From a bacterium (GTDB lineage Bacteria; Zhuqueibacterota; Zhuqueibacteria; Zhuqueibacterales; Zhuqueibacteraceae), in the NCBI GenBank assembly GCA_044869275.1, contig JBIOXB010000048.1, positions 18,441 to 82,440 on the forward strand: a DNA stretch of 64,000 bases, in the 5' to 3' direction. The first letter of the stretch is position 1, and each line of letters starts with the position of its first letter. This document shows positions 1-9,180 of this stretch, in pieces. A program made the translations under genes and the position numbers. Under the pieces are notes generated by a model. It was not told where the DNA came from and ran no database searches. It saw only the letters and a list, made by a program, of their open reading frames with translations.

Positions 1-931
1 CCACCAGCGCGCCCGACGCATAGGGATGCCCGCCGCCGCCAAAAAGGCTGGCCAGGCCGTTGATGGCATATCTGCCCTTCGAGCGGAAGCTGATTTTGAC
101 TTTGCCTTCCTTCGTTTCCAAAAACATCAAGCTCAACTCCACGCCCGCGATGGTGCGCGGGAAATCGGAAAAGCTTTCGGTGTCCAAAACGCCGGTGTTC
201 GTCGTTTGCAAATCTTGCTGGGTTACCACGAACCACGCCAGCCGCCCGTCCTTTTCAAAATGCAGATTGCCGAGAATATGCGCCAGCAGCTTCATGCGCT
301 GCGGCGGCTGGTTTTCGTAAACTTTTTGATACAACTCATGCGGTTTCACACCAGCGGCAACCAAGGCCGCCGCGACTTTGAACGCGCCCACGGAGGTATT
401 GGAGAAGCGAAACCCTCCGGTGTCCGTCATCACTGCCGTGTAAAGCGCCTGCGCCAAGCGCTCCTCGAGACGGGCACCAAGAGAGATGAGCAATTCATGA
501 ATCATCTCACCGGTGGAAGAAGCGGGCGGATAAATGATATCGAGATCGACAAACGGTTCTTCGCTGGGGTGGTGATCGATGCAGATTTTCGGGACCGGCA
601 AGGTCCGTATCAATGTGCCCAGGTCGCGCAGCCGCTTCCAATCGCTGATGTCGAGAATGAAAATGGCATCGCTGGCGCGCACGAGATCGGCGTGCTTCTC
701 CTGGGAGAACAGCTCGATTTCACCATGCGGATCTAGAAACGCGTAATTTTCCGGCGTGGCACTGTGATTGAAGAGGTGAACCTTCTTGCCGATTTGTTGC
801 AGATATTCGGCCAACGCGATTTCCGAGCCGATGCCATCGCCGTCGGGATTGACGTGCGTGGTGAGAACGAAGGTTTTGCCGTGAGCTAAAATGTTTCGTA
901 TCTGTTGCAGGGCGGCTTGTGGGATCATCAT
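1..931 (-). CDS. nrnA: DHH family phosphoesterase (NrnA-like oligoribonuclease/pAp phosphatase), truncated by the window edge
   Basis: Not in the ORF track. Minus-strand translation from ATG 931/928 gives MIPQAALQQIRNILAHGKTFVLTTHVNPDGDGIGSE and later IDHH, both DHH-family motifs. Start overlaps the stop of the upstream gene (ATGA). Confidence 0.85.
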   Translation of the reverse strand, partial: MMIPQAALQQIRNILAHGKTFVLTTHVNPDGDGIGSEIALAEYLQQIGKKVHLFNHSATPENYAFLDPHGEIELFSQEKHADLVRASDAIFILDISDWKRLRDLGTLIRTLPVPKICIDHHPSEEPFVDLDIIYPPASSTGEMIHELLISLGARLEERLAQALYTAVMTDTGGFRFSNTSVGAFKVAAALVAAGVKPHELYQKVYENQPPQRMKLLAHILGNLHFEKDGRLAWFVVTQQDLQTTNTGVLDTESFSDFPRTIAGVELSLMFLETKEGKVKISFRSKGRYAINGLASLFGGGGHPYASGALV

Positions 932-3099
932 AAAGGATTGATTTGAACTTTGCGAAAACCCGTGTTGCCGTTCTTGTCCGATACTTTCACCGCCAGAACT
1001 TTGCCGCGGGAGTGTTCAGGAAGAGGCAAACGGTAACTTTCTTCTTTTTGATCCGAAACCTGATCGAGGGGATAGGCCAGTTCCCACTCGCCGGCGTCGA
1101 TGCAATAGCGCGCTTCCTGCAACGGTGAGAGGCGATCGCTGGCGGAAAAGCCGGCATAGAGCTTCTGATTTTCCATTTTGATTTGAAGCGCGCCGATTTC
1201 GGGCGGGCTGTTGTCGATCACGAAGATCTCGCTGATCTTTTCGTTTTCCAATGCCAGGTCCGCGGGGTTGCTGGGGCGATCGGAGGCGGTAATGCGAACT
1301 TGATATTCGCCGTCAGGCAGTGCCTGGCTATCCAGAGTATAAACCAGCCCGTGGTAGTTTTTCACCAATTCGCGCCAGCCGGATTCGCCTGCGCTGCGAA
1401 TTTCAAGGCGAAATTCCAGACGATCGCTGTTGTCGTCGCGCACCTGCCAGCCCAAGGATTGCGCACCCTTTTGATTGATTTTCCTGCCGGCCAGCGCCTG
1501 CTGGCCGCTGTCATTCATGGGGTTTTCGGCTTGTTCATTGACATGATTAGCGGCATTTTCTTTCGCTTCTGGAAATGACGCGCCTGGCTCATAGATTCTG
1601 ATTTGCGCGATTTCCGGCCTGACGTTTTTTTGCAAATAAGAAACCTGAATGCGTTTCGCCATGGCGTCGCGGCCCGAGAGCATCACTTTCCATTGCAAAA
1701 AACGCGAAGGCGATGATGCCACCACCCCGCCGGAAGGCGCCGGTTTGACCGCGGTCCAGTCACTCCACGTCTTGTCCGGTTTCCCCGTATTGCCACTGCG
1801 CGTGAAGAATTGCGCTGCGCCCGCGCTTTCCCAATTTAGCGCGCCCCAGTGTGAGGGTACATTGGCGTCCAGGACTTCGGAAACATAATCGCCGTTGCGT
1901 CGCTCGCCTGCGCCGAACACATAAGCGGCGCCAGGATTGGCCGTGGTCAAATAAATCGCACCTGAGGCCGTTTTCAGAAATGAGGTAATTTGGCTGGGCT
2001 CGGCTTGCCAAAGCAGCGTCGTGGTTTCATCATCTTCGAGGCGGTAGATTTTGCCCTTGTCGCCGGTGCCGATGAGTAGTTTGGGCGTGGCGCCCTCGAG
2101 CAGTTGCAAGGCATGCACGCGCTCGGAGGCCGAACTCCAGACCACTTTAACCATGCCGGTGTCATCGAGGAGATACACCGCGCCTGTGCCACCGGAGGTT
2201 TGCGCCGCCGGGGCCGTGTGCTCGGGAGGCGCCTCACCTTCCTCACCTGCGCTGATCACGATTACGTTTTCACCCTCTTCACCTTCCTGCACTTCGCCGG
2301 TGCTGGCCGTGGCGGTGGCACCAGGCGCTGCGCCGGGAAACACTGGAAAAAAGGGACCGCCACCGGCCGCGGCTGCATAAATCGCGCCCGTAGGCGACAA
2401 CAGGAGGCGGTGAATTTCGTCCAGCGGCGCGTCGTACATCACGGTTACACTGCCGTCACCTGGCAGGCGATAAATATAGCCGTTGCCGCTGGAGCCGGCA
2501 TAGAGTATCTGGTTGCGGCCATCCCAGCACAGCGAGCGGATATGTTTCTCTTCGCTTTCAAAGAAGATTTTGGCCTCACCCGAAGCCGAGACTTGATAAA
2601 TGCGCGCGGGCTCGCCGGTGGCAACAAACCATGCGCCGTCTTTTCCCGGTGCCATCGCCCAAATGTATTTCGCCTCGGGTTTGAAAAATATCTTTGCCGG
2701 CTGGTTCGCGCTGCGGCGATAAACTTGCCCCTCGGGAGAAGTGGCGATGAGTAAACCGTCGTTTTGCGGTGCAAGCGCGAATACCGCGACTTCTGCGCTG
2801 GTGAAAACTGTGTCCGCGCCTTGCGGCCGTACGCGCAATACCACAGCGGGGTTGCCGCCGCCAATATAGACTTCACCGCGTGCTTCCGCTGCGCACCAAA
2901 GATAAGGAACCGTGGCGCGAAACAATTCTTGCGTGGGGGGTGCGAGCTGGAGACGGCCGAAAGCGTCGAGTAACACGCCATGCGCCTCACCCCGGCTCAA
3001 TTGTTCCTGAGTGAAATAGGTCTTGAATTGCGGAGAAGCGGCGAGCATCATGAGGGCTAAACACGCGACAACGATCAAGCTATTCTTGTGAATCTGCAT
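928..3099 (-). CDS. Secreted beta-propeller-like protein with C-terminal Ig/FN3-like domains
   Basis: 723 aa, N-terminal signal peptide, repeated blade-like motifs (YIWAMA, IYAAA, GKIYRL), beta-rich C-terminus (LPDGEYQVRITASD). Confidence 0.7.
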   Translation of the reverse strand: MQIHKNSLIVVACLALMMLAASPQFKTYFTQEQLSRGEAHGVLLDAFGRLQLAPPTQELFRATVPYLWCAAEARGEVYIGGGNPAVVLRVRPQGADTVFTSAEVAVFALAPQNDGLLIATSPEGQVYRRSANQPAKIFFKPEAKYIWAMAPGKDGAWFVATGEPARIYQVSASGEAKIFFESEEKHIRSLCWDGRNQILYAGSSGNGYIYRLPGDGSVTVMYDAPLDEIHRLLLSPTGAIYAAAAGGGPFFPVFPGAAPGATATASTGEVQEGEEGENVIVISAGEEGEAPPEHTAPAAQTSGGTGAVYLLDDTGMVKVVWSSASERVHALQLLEGATPKLLIGTGDKGKIYRLEDDETTTLLWQAEPSQITSFLKTASGAIYLTTANPGAAYVFGAGERRNGDYVSEVLDANVPSHWGALNWESAGAAQFFTRSGNTGKPDKTWSDWTAVKPAPSGGVVASSPSRFLQWKVMLSGRDAMAKRIQVSYLQKNVRPEIAQIRIYEPGASFPEAKENAANHVNEQAENPMNDSGQQALAGRKINQKGAQSLGWQVRDDNSDRLEFRLEIRSAGESGWRELVKNYHGLVYTLDSQALPDGEYQVRITASDRPSNPADLALENEKISEIFVIDNSPPEIGALQIKMENQKLYAGFSASDRLSPLQEARYCIDAGEWELAYPLDQVSDQKEESYRLPLPEHSRGKVLAVKVSDKNGNTGFRKVQINPL

Positions 3100-3210
3100 A
3101 CTCCGTCCGTGTGAGGTCCAAATTTATATCGGAAGTTTTTGCAACACTTCAGCGCCAGCCTGCCCTTCCTGCCTGCGCAGGAATGACACCTGAACAGTTA
3201 CGATTTTTTT

Positions 3211-5091
3211 TCATTGCAAGCGCAAGCGAATGATCTCGGTTCCGGAAACGGCGTAAGGCCCTGCCGGCTGCCGGTTTTGGGGAGAGGATTCCGGAATGTG
3301 AACTTGCTGGTGCACCTCCGCCAAAACCCGCTCGCGCGCCGGCAAGACGCTGCCTTTGGCGTTCTGCGATTGCAGAATCGCGTAAGCCGTCGGTGGCAAT
3401 GAGGCCAGCTCTTCACCCTCAACGACGAGTCCGCGATCGGGAGCCCGCAGTTGAAAATAGATTTGATCGCCGCGCCGCTTCGCGTTCAGCAATTCGGCTA
3501 ATTGCGCGAAGTTGTTTGGAGCGAAACGCCCGGGCAAGGCGCGGTAATCGAGCTGCGTGAGCTCGCGGCTGCCGCCCACGACGACGGAAAGATACGGCCC
3601 GGTTGTGCTTTGGGGAACGACCAAGCTCTGTTGCACCAAAACATTCGCGCCACGATAAGCTTGCACGCGCGCAGAAACTTTGATCGTGTCGCCCGGCTGC
3701 GCCACGCTGCGATCGAGCCAAACCTGTTCAATGGTCGCGCTGCGCCAGCCCGGCAAGGAGGTGAAATGCAGCTCGATTTCCTGCAAGGTCACAGGCGGAA
3801 AGCGGCTCGCCATCACCGCGCCCAAGGCCGAGGCCACTTCGCCGGTGGCCTGTGCCACGCCGCTCAGATACCCGAAACCTGCAATCGGCGTCATGCCCGC
3901 GTAGAAATTGTCGAGATTGATCTTTTGCCCGTCTTGAAAACGCAGCTCGCCCTGCAATAGCAGGCTGTTTTCGCCGTTCGCCAGGCGTGCGGATTGCAAG
4001 GCATTCATCATGACCACGCGCAGAAACAACGGCATAATGGTGCTCAACGTGCGCTCGCCGGTAAACTGAAATTCAAACCGGCTTTCTTTTCCCCCTTCGT
4101 CCGTATAGCGCACGCGCATCGGCATCATACGGGGTGTCGCGCCGATTTCACCATAAATGCCGGTGGTACGATCCTGTCGCAAGGCGCCCAACAGCAAAGC
4201 GCTAGCGCCCATTTTGTAGGCGCTATATTCGCTGGGCACAACCGTCAAAATTTTTGCCAATGAAATGGGAATGTCGATCGGGCCATTGCTCATAAACGGG
4301 TGGCCGAAGGCCAGCACTTTTTTTTCGTCGCGATAGGTCAACGTGCCGATGGCTTCGATGCTCATATCGCCCGTGACGATCAGCGCGCCAATCGCCGCGC
4401 CGGGCACGAAATCCTTGACACTGACGCTGTCGTTCTGCAGCCGGCCGCCGCTGACCGCCATGAAGCCTGCGGGTCGCAAACAAGCCTCAATCTCCCGGAG
4501 CAAATCGGGATGAATTCCAGAAAAGGACAAAGGCAGAGTGAGAGGCTGCAGGGCGGCATTGCCAATGTTTTGTCGCGCCAATTGTGCCGGCGAAAAGTTT
4601 TCCCAGGAAACGTCTCGCAGGCGCAGTGCCATTTCCAAGAATCTGTTCTCTTGGGAGGAAAAATGCACGGTTGCAAGCTCCTGCCCGCGCGCCGCCTCAC
4701 GATCGAGAATCTCCATCATCTCGTGAATCGGCGTAATGCCTGCAAGCGGCTCTTTCATGAACACGCCCACCGAATATGACAAGGCGCCCGCCAGTTTACC
4801 GTCGAAATAGATGGGGCTGCCGCTCATGCCCGCAGCCACGCCGGTGAACTCTGCTTTTTTTCCGCTGAGACGCACGAGAATGAGGTTGCGGCGGGGATAG
4901 AAGTCGCGAAGGAGATCGATGACTTCGACGTCAAATTCTTCGGGGTGATAGCCGCTGAATACGGTTCGACCCACTCCGCGCATGCCGGGCTTGATTTGAT
5001 CAAGTGGCAAGAGTTCCTGCGCGAAAGCGGCAGCAGAGAGCAGGAGGAAAACAAGGTAAAACTGCAACGATCGCATTGTTCGCCTTTGCAT
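3211..5091 (-). CDS. SpoIVB peptidase S55 domain-containing secreted protein
   Basis: GVAAGMSGSPIY catalytic-Ser motif and AFGHPF; signal peptide after the likely start at ATG 5091 or 5076. Confidence 0.85.
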   Translation of the reverse strand: MQRRTMRSLQFYLVFLLLSAAAFAQELLPLDQIKPGMRGVGRTVFSGYHPEEFDVEVIDLLRDFYPRRNLILVRLSGKKAEFTGVAAGMSGSPIYFDGKLAGALSYSVGVFMKEPLAGITPIHEMMEILDREAARGQELATVHFSSQENRFLEMALRLRDVSWENFSPAQLARQNIGNAALQPLTLPLSFSGIHPDLLREIEACLRPAGFMAVSGGRLQNDSVSVKDFVPGAAIGALIVTGDMSIEAIGTLTYRDEKKVLAFGHPFMSNGPIDIPISLAKILTVVPSEYSAYKMGASALLLGALRQDRTTGIYGEIGATPRMMPMRVRYTDEGGKESRFEFQFTGERTLSTIMPLFLRVVMMNALQSARLANGENSLLLQGELRFQDGQKINLDNFYAGMTPIAGFGYLSGVAQATGEVASALGAVMASRFPPVTLQEIELHFTSLPGWRSATIEQVWLDRSVAQPGDTIKVSARVQAYRGANVLVQQSLVVPQSTTGPYLSVVVGGSRELTQLDYRALPGRFAPNNFAQLAELLNAKRRGDQIYFQLRAPDRGLVVEGEELASLPPTAYAILQSQNAKGSVLPARERVLAEVHQQVHIPESSPQNRQPAGPYAVSGTEIIRLRLQ

Positions 5092-5224
5092 AAAATGAAT
5101 ACGCAAAGTAAATGATTCGCTGCAGAATTGCAATGAAAATCCTCCGGATTTCACTGGCCAGTCTTTGTTCCATTCACGGGTTTCGCCTTAACTCAGGGCC
5201 AGCGACCGGTCAGCTTTGTCCTCC

Positions 5225-5265
5225 AAAAAAAATGGCGCGGTCACCTTCCATGGGTTCCCGCGCCA
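5225..5265 (-). terminator. Intrinsic terminator
   Basis: Minus strand TGGCGCGG...CCGCGCCA stem followed by T8. Confidence 0.75.
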
Positions 5266-5758
5266 ATATTCCGGTGCAGTGCAGAGTTGTAGTTCGTCAA
5301 AAGCGCGTGCTTGCGCTTTCGGGACTTCCATGCCCCGTGGCTCGTGCTTGAGCCTCATTCGTCGTCACATACCGCTTGGTTCCGAAATCGCATGAAGATC
5401 ACCAGGCAGAAAACAGCTTCCTCCCTGAAACTGCGTGCGAGAACAAGCCACAGCTGGCTGTCGCCTTCCGCGCATGACTCCTTGGCTGCTTGCCTGCCAG
5501 CCCAATTTTTCTGCGTGCCGGTCGCGCACGATGTCGGAGCCGAATGTCACTTTCATGAGATGGTTTGGAATCCATTCCGCCTCGCTGCATCCTCGTGCCG
5601 TCCTGTTCGCTGCGCCGGCGTTTCTTCCGGCGTTGGAGCCGGCCGATCGCCTGTTCCGTGTGTGGATTCGATTTTGTAAGCGAGGCCACGGCGTCATTCA
5701 ATTCTGTAAAACCATCGAATGGCGCAGGTGTATCCTCTCATGATCTGTAGATTCTGAT
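5225..5758 (-). ncRNA. Candidate GGA-rich small RNA (CsrB/Rsm-like)
   Basis: No convincing ORF; bounded by a sigma54-like promoter and a terminator; 16 GGA on the minus strand vs 5 on the plus strand, several in hairpin loops. Confidence 0.4.
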
Positions 5759-5768
5759 TCTATCTTAA

Positions 5769-5784
5769 TACACAAATCATGCCA
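5769..5784 (-). promoter_or_regulatory. Sigma54-like -24/-12 promoter
   Basis: TGGCATGATTTGTGTA (GG-N10-GT variant); inverted repeats about 80-140 bp upstream (e.g. TCGGTGCG...CGTACCGA at 5886-5910) could be activator sites. Confidence 0.45.
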
Positions 5785-6053
5785 CGCCGTTTCACCGGCG
5801 TTTTGTTTTTGAGAAAAACACTTCGCCTTGAAAAATCAGGTACCTGCGCGAAGAGCATCGCATACCATCGCGCAGATTTTGTAAATCGGTGCGCAAGATT
5901 TTCGTACCGATGTGAAGCAGGCGTGTTTCAATGTGGATGAAATTCAGACGGGGGCAAAGAAAAGCATAAATGCCGAGGGAATGGCGGGAAAACTTCTCCC
6001 GCTGGCAAGATAGATCATCGAGGCGGAAGCGGGCCAGGCAGAGATCATGAAAT

Positions 6054-7247
6054 TCAATTCACCTTGTCCGGCGCTGCGGAAACATGCTGCGTGCGCTTCG
6101 CATACATCTCATCAGGCATGCGGCACGGCAGGCCGCCTTCTTGCATTTCGCAATTGTCCCACAGAGGGCATTGGATGGAGCAGATGCGGCCCTCAGGGCT
6201 GTTGCGGCCTTGCAAGTCGAGCAGTGGAAGAATCGTGCGCGTTCTTAGTGAGCGATAGCGCACCCGCTCGCCGAGGATGTTCTGGCGTACCATCTGCAAA
6301 AAGCGCCGGCGGTTGTCTGAATCCGCCGTCAAAATGTCACCTGGCGACATCGAACGCACAGCCTTCGCGATGTTCGGGTCGTAAGTCATGTATCCCCAGA
6401 ACTCGAGGCGCAGGCGCAGCATATCCTGCGTCGCGATTTGCAGGGCCAGGCCCTCGCGTGTTTCGCCCAGATCGAAGACGCGGTTGAGAATGAGCTTCGG
6501 CGAAAAGTCATTGAGCAAGCGGAAAAAGCGCATGCCATCGCGCACACTTCTGCGCTTGACTTCCTCGCCGATTTCCGTGAGCAGGCGAAAATCGTGCGCG
6601 TGCGTCGGATCCTTGGAAAGATCGAGCAGCTCCAGCACGTCCGGCGCCTCGGCGAACTCACGGCGCAGGCGGCGGAAGACCGCGACTTTGAGAAAGTTGA
6701 AACATTCCTGTATCGAAGTAGGCTCGGGGTTGGCGACGACAATGGGAACGTCGCCCGCGTTGAACAAGTCGATTTCGTTGATCGACATGCCCGCACCGAT
6801 ATCCACCACGATATATTCCGCCAGCAAGCGCTGCAGATGGCGGATCAGTTTCAGCTTTTCCCAATGCTCCAAATTCGCCATGCCGATGGTGCCGGGCGAG
6901 CCGCAAATGATCTGCAAGCCGTCGAAGGGCGAAGCCAACAGCAGCTCGTCCAGCGTTTTGACCTTACGCGCGACGAAATCGAATAGGGTTTTCTCCGGGG
7001 CATAAATGCCCATCACGGTGTGCACGTTGGCGCCACCCAAATCCGCGTCGAGCAGCACCACGCGGCGGCCGGCTTCAGCCAGTGCGATGGAGATGCTTGC
7101 GCTCACCATGGTTTTGCCGATACCGCCCTTGCCGCCGGCGATGGCAATCACACGCGCCGAGCGGCGCGGGGCTTCCGGTGAATCAGAAGCAACTTCGGTG
7201 GCGGAAGAGGGATACTGCGTTTGTCGTGTGAGCCGTTTGAATTCCAT
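6054..7247 (-). CDS. MinD/ParA-family ATPase (FlhG/FleN-like) with a Cys-rich C-terminal tail
   Basis: Deviant Walker A GGKGGIGKT, DADLGGAN, VVDIGAG, NPEPTS; C-terminal CSIQCPLWDNCEMQEGGLPC. Start taken at ATG 7247. Confidence 0.8.
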   Translation of the reverse strand: MEFKRLTRQTQYPSSATEVASDSPEAPRRSARVIAIAGGKGGIGKTMVSASISIALAEAGRRVVLLDADLGGANVHTVMGIYAPEKTLFDFVARKVKTLDELLLASPFDGLQIICGSPGTIGMANLEHWEKLKLIRHLQRLLAEYIVVDIGAGMSINEIDLFNAGDVPIVVANPEPTSIQECFNFLKVAVFRRLRREFAEAPDVLELLDLSKDPTHAHDFRLLTEIGEEVKRRSVRDGMRFFRLLNDFSPKLILNRVFDLGETREGLALQIATQDMLRLRLEFWGYMTYDPNIAKAVRSMSPGDILTADSDNRRRFLQMVRQNILGERVRYRSLRTRTILPLLDLQGRNSPEGRICSIQCPLWDNCEMQEGGLPCRMPDEMYAKRTQHVSAAPDKVN

Positions 7248-7580
7248 TTCAAATGACGAGGTTCGGGGTGAAGAGGCAATCCTGCTTGGGTATAGGCTGT
7301 TCTCATGCCGCAAGGTAAACTCATGGAAGAAATTCCAGGCCTTTTCGCGCGAAATCCCAACAAAGTTCAGCGTGAAAAAAAGCGGCATGCTCTGGTTACG
7401 ATTTAGTTACAGGCAATCGCCCTCGTTTGCGCAAGCCTCACGCTCAGATTCATCGCGCTTTCGCAAGAAAGCGACAAAACATTGCCGGAATTTAACATGA
7501 TTCAGCCGGGGAAGGGGTTTGCTGGCAGTAGGGAACGGCCATGGCCAGAGCCGGGCGGAGCCGGAAGTGGAAGCGAGAAT

Positions 7581-7829
7581 TCAGAGCGACCAAACGAGGG
7601 AGAGCAAAGTGCCGCCGGCCATGATCGCGATCGCCAGCCAACGGTCCTCTGAAACGTGGTCGCGAAAGTACAGCACCGCGCTAAAAAAGGCGCACATGGA
7701 GATGCGCTCGAAGCGTTCGCCGAGGTCAAAAGCCGCCATCATCACCGTCAGGGTCACGACCAGGAGCAGCAGCAGCAGGCGAAGCCCGGAGCGGGAGTTG
7801 ATCCACGCCAGGATTTTTTGAGGGTTCAT
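7581..7829 (-). CDS. Small membrane protein
   Basis: About 82 aa with 2-3 hydrophobic segments, directly downstream of era. Confidence 0.55.
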   Translation of the reverse strand: MNPQKILAWINSRSGLRLLLLLLVVTLTVMMAAFDLGERFERISMCAFFSAVLYFRDHVSEDRWLAIAIMAGGTLLSLVWSL

Positions 7830-7900
7830 ATACAAAGAGGCCACAGAATTTCAACCGAAAGGTGCCGGACTTCTCTTCGCATGCTGCGTTCCGGACGAGC

Positions 7901-8815
7901 CTAGAGATAACCCAAATTCTTCAGCTCGTTCTCCCGGTCGCGCCATTTTTCCTTAACCGCCACGAACAGTTCCAGATAAATCGGGCGGTCGATCAGCGCT
8001 TCGATCTCCTCGCGCGCCATCTTGCCCACCTGTTTCAACGCCGCACCGCCTTTGCCGATGAGAATGCCCTTTTGCGATTCGCGCTCGACGTAGATCACGG
8101 CGCGGACGTAGTCTTTGTGCCCCGGCCGCTCGATGAATTCTTCCACGCGCACGCTGGTGGAATACGGAATCTCTTCGCCATAGCGCAGAAAGATTTTCTC
8201 CCGCACGATTTCCGCCGCGAGAAATCTCTCCGGATGATTGGTAACCTGATCCGGTGGATAAAAAGCTTCGTGCTCGGGCAGATATTTTTCCAGCGTCTGC
8301 GCCAGTTCTTCCACGCCGTCTTTGTTCAGGGCGGAAATGGGAACGATCTCTTTCACGTTCGGCTGGTCCTTGAATGCCGCGATGGCGGGCAGCAAATCCT
8401 CTTTTGCGACTTTGTCGATCTTGTTGAGGGCGACGATGATCGGCCGGCCGGTGTCGGACAAGCGCTTGAGAATTTCAAGATCAAACGGCCGTGGCGGCGC
8501 CTCCGGCTCGACGAGAAAGAGCTGCACATCCGCCTCTTTCATCGCGGCGTGCGCCACACGCACAAAAGTTTGTTGCAAGCGATAAGTCGGCTCAAGCATG
8601 CCCGGCGTATCAAAAAAAATTGTCTGGCTGCGCGGCCGGTTCAGGATGCCGAGAATCTGCCGGCGGGTGGTTTGCGGCTTGGGCGAAACAATGGAAAGCT
8701 TGTACTGCAGTAAAGCATTCAGCAAAGTCGACTTGCCAACATTGGGCTGGCCGATGATGGCAATGTATCCTGCACGAAAGCAGCCGCCCTCTTGGGTTCC
8801 GGAAGCAGTATCCAA
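7901..8815 (-). CDS. era: GTPase Era
   Basis: GQPNVGKST, PQTTR, DTPG, NKID and the KH-domain motif QKGILIGKGG. Confidence 0.97.
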   Translation of the reverse strand: MDTASGTQEGGCFRAGYIAIIGQPNVGKSTLLNALLQYKLSIVSPKPQTTRRQILGILNRPRSQTIFFDTPGMLEPTYRLQQTFVRVAHAAMKEADVQLFLVEPEAPPRPFDLEILKRLSDTGRPIIVALNKIDKVAKEDLLPAIAAFKDQPNVKEIVPISALNKDGVEELAQTLEKYLPEHEAFYPPDQVTNHPERFLAAEIVREKIFLRYGEEIPYSTSVRVEEFIERPGHKDYVRAVIYVERESQKGILIGKGGAALKQVGKMAREEIEALIDRPIYLELFVAVKEKWRDRENELKNLGYL

Positions 8816-9180
8816 CTATTTCTCACTCACGGCTTAGGGTACCGGTTGGTTTGAGCGTCCCTGCAATGCCTCGACCCGCCGGCCCTGGCTGGTCCGCGAA
8901 CAGCATGTTGTGCGCTGCGCTTTCCAATTTCGCTCAGGAAAAGCGCGCGACGTCTACAAAATAATATAACGAACAACAGTGTTGTACCGGCAGAACGCGG
9001 TTTCGCCGAGAGTCTTTAAGATTTTTTTGAAGAATTTACATTGCGCTTGCCTGGGCTTTGATTTCCGGCACGGCGGCTTGATGCGTGGCGGCAAGAAAGA
9101 AAATCCATAGCACGCCGCATAGCACGGTCATCAGCACGGTCACAAAAAGGGATTTCTTCACAACTCCTCCTGCCTGAGTT

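Noticed and set aside
26..736. 236-aa plus-strand ORF and the many other long antisense ORFs in the track
   Set aside because: They shadow well-supported opposite-strand genes (here the DHH gene), which is common in GC-rich DNA, and show no motifs.
5365..5701. 100-110 aa ORFs in the 5.2-5.8 kb interval
   Set aside because: Arg/Ser/Ala-rich, no motifs and no clear RBS; a non-coding reading fits better, though coding cannot be excluded.
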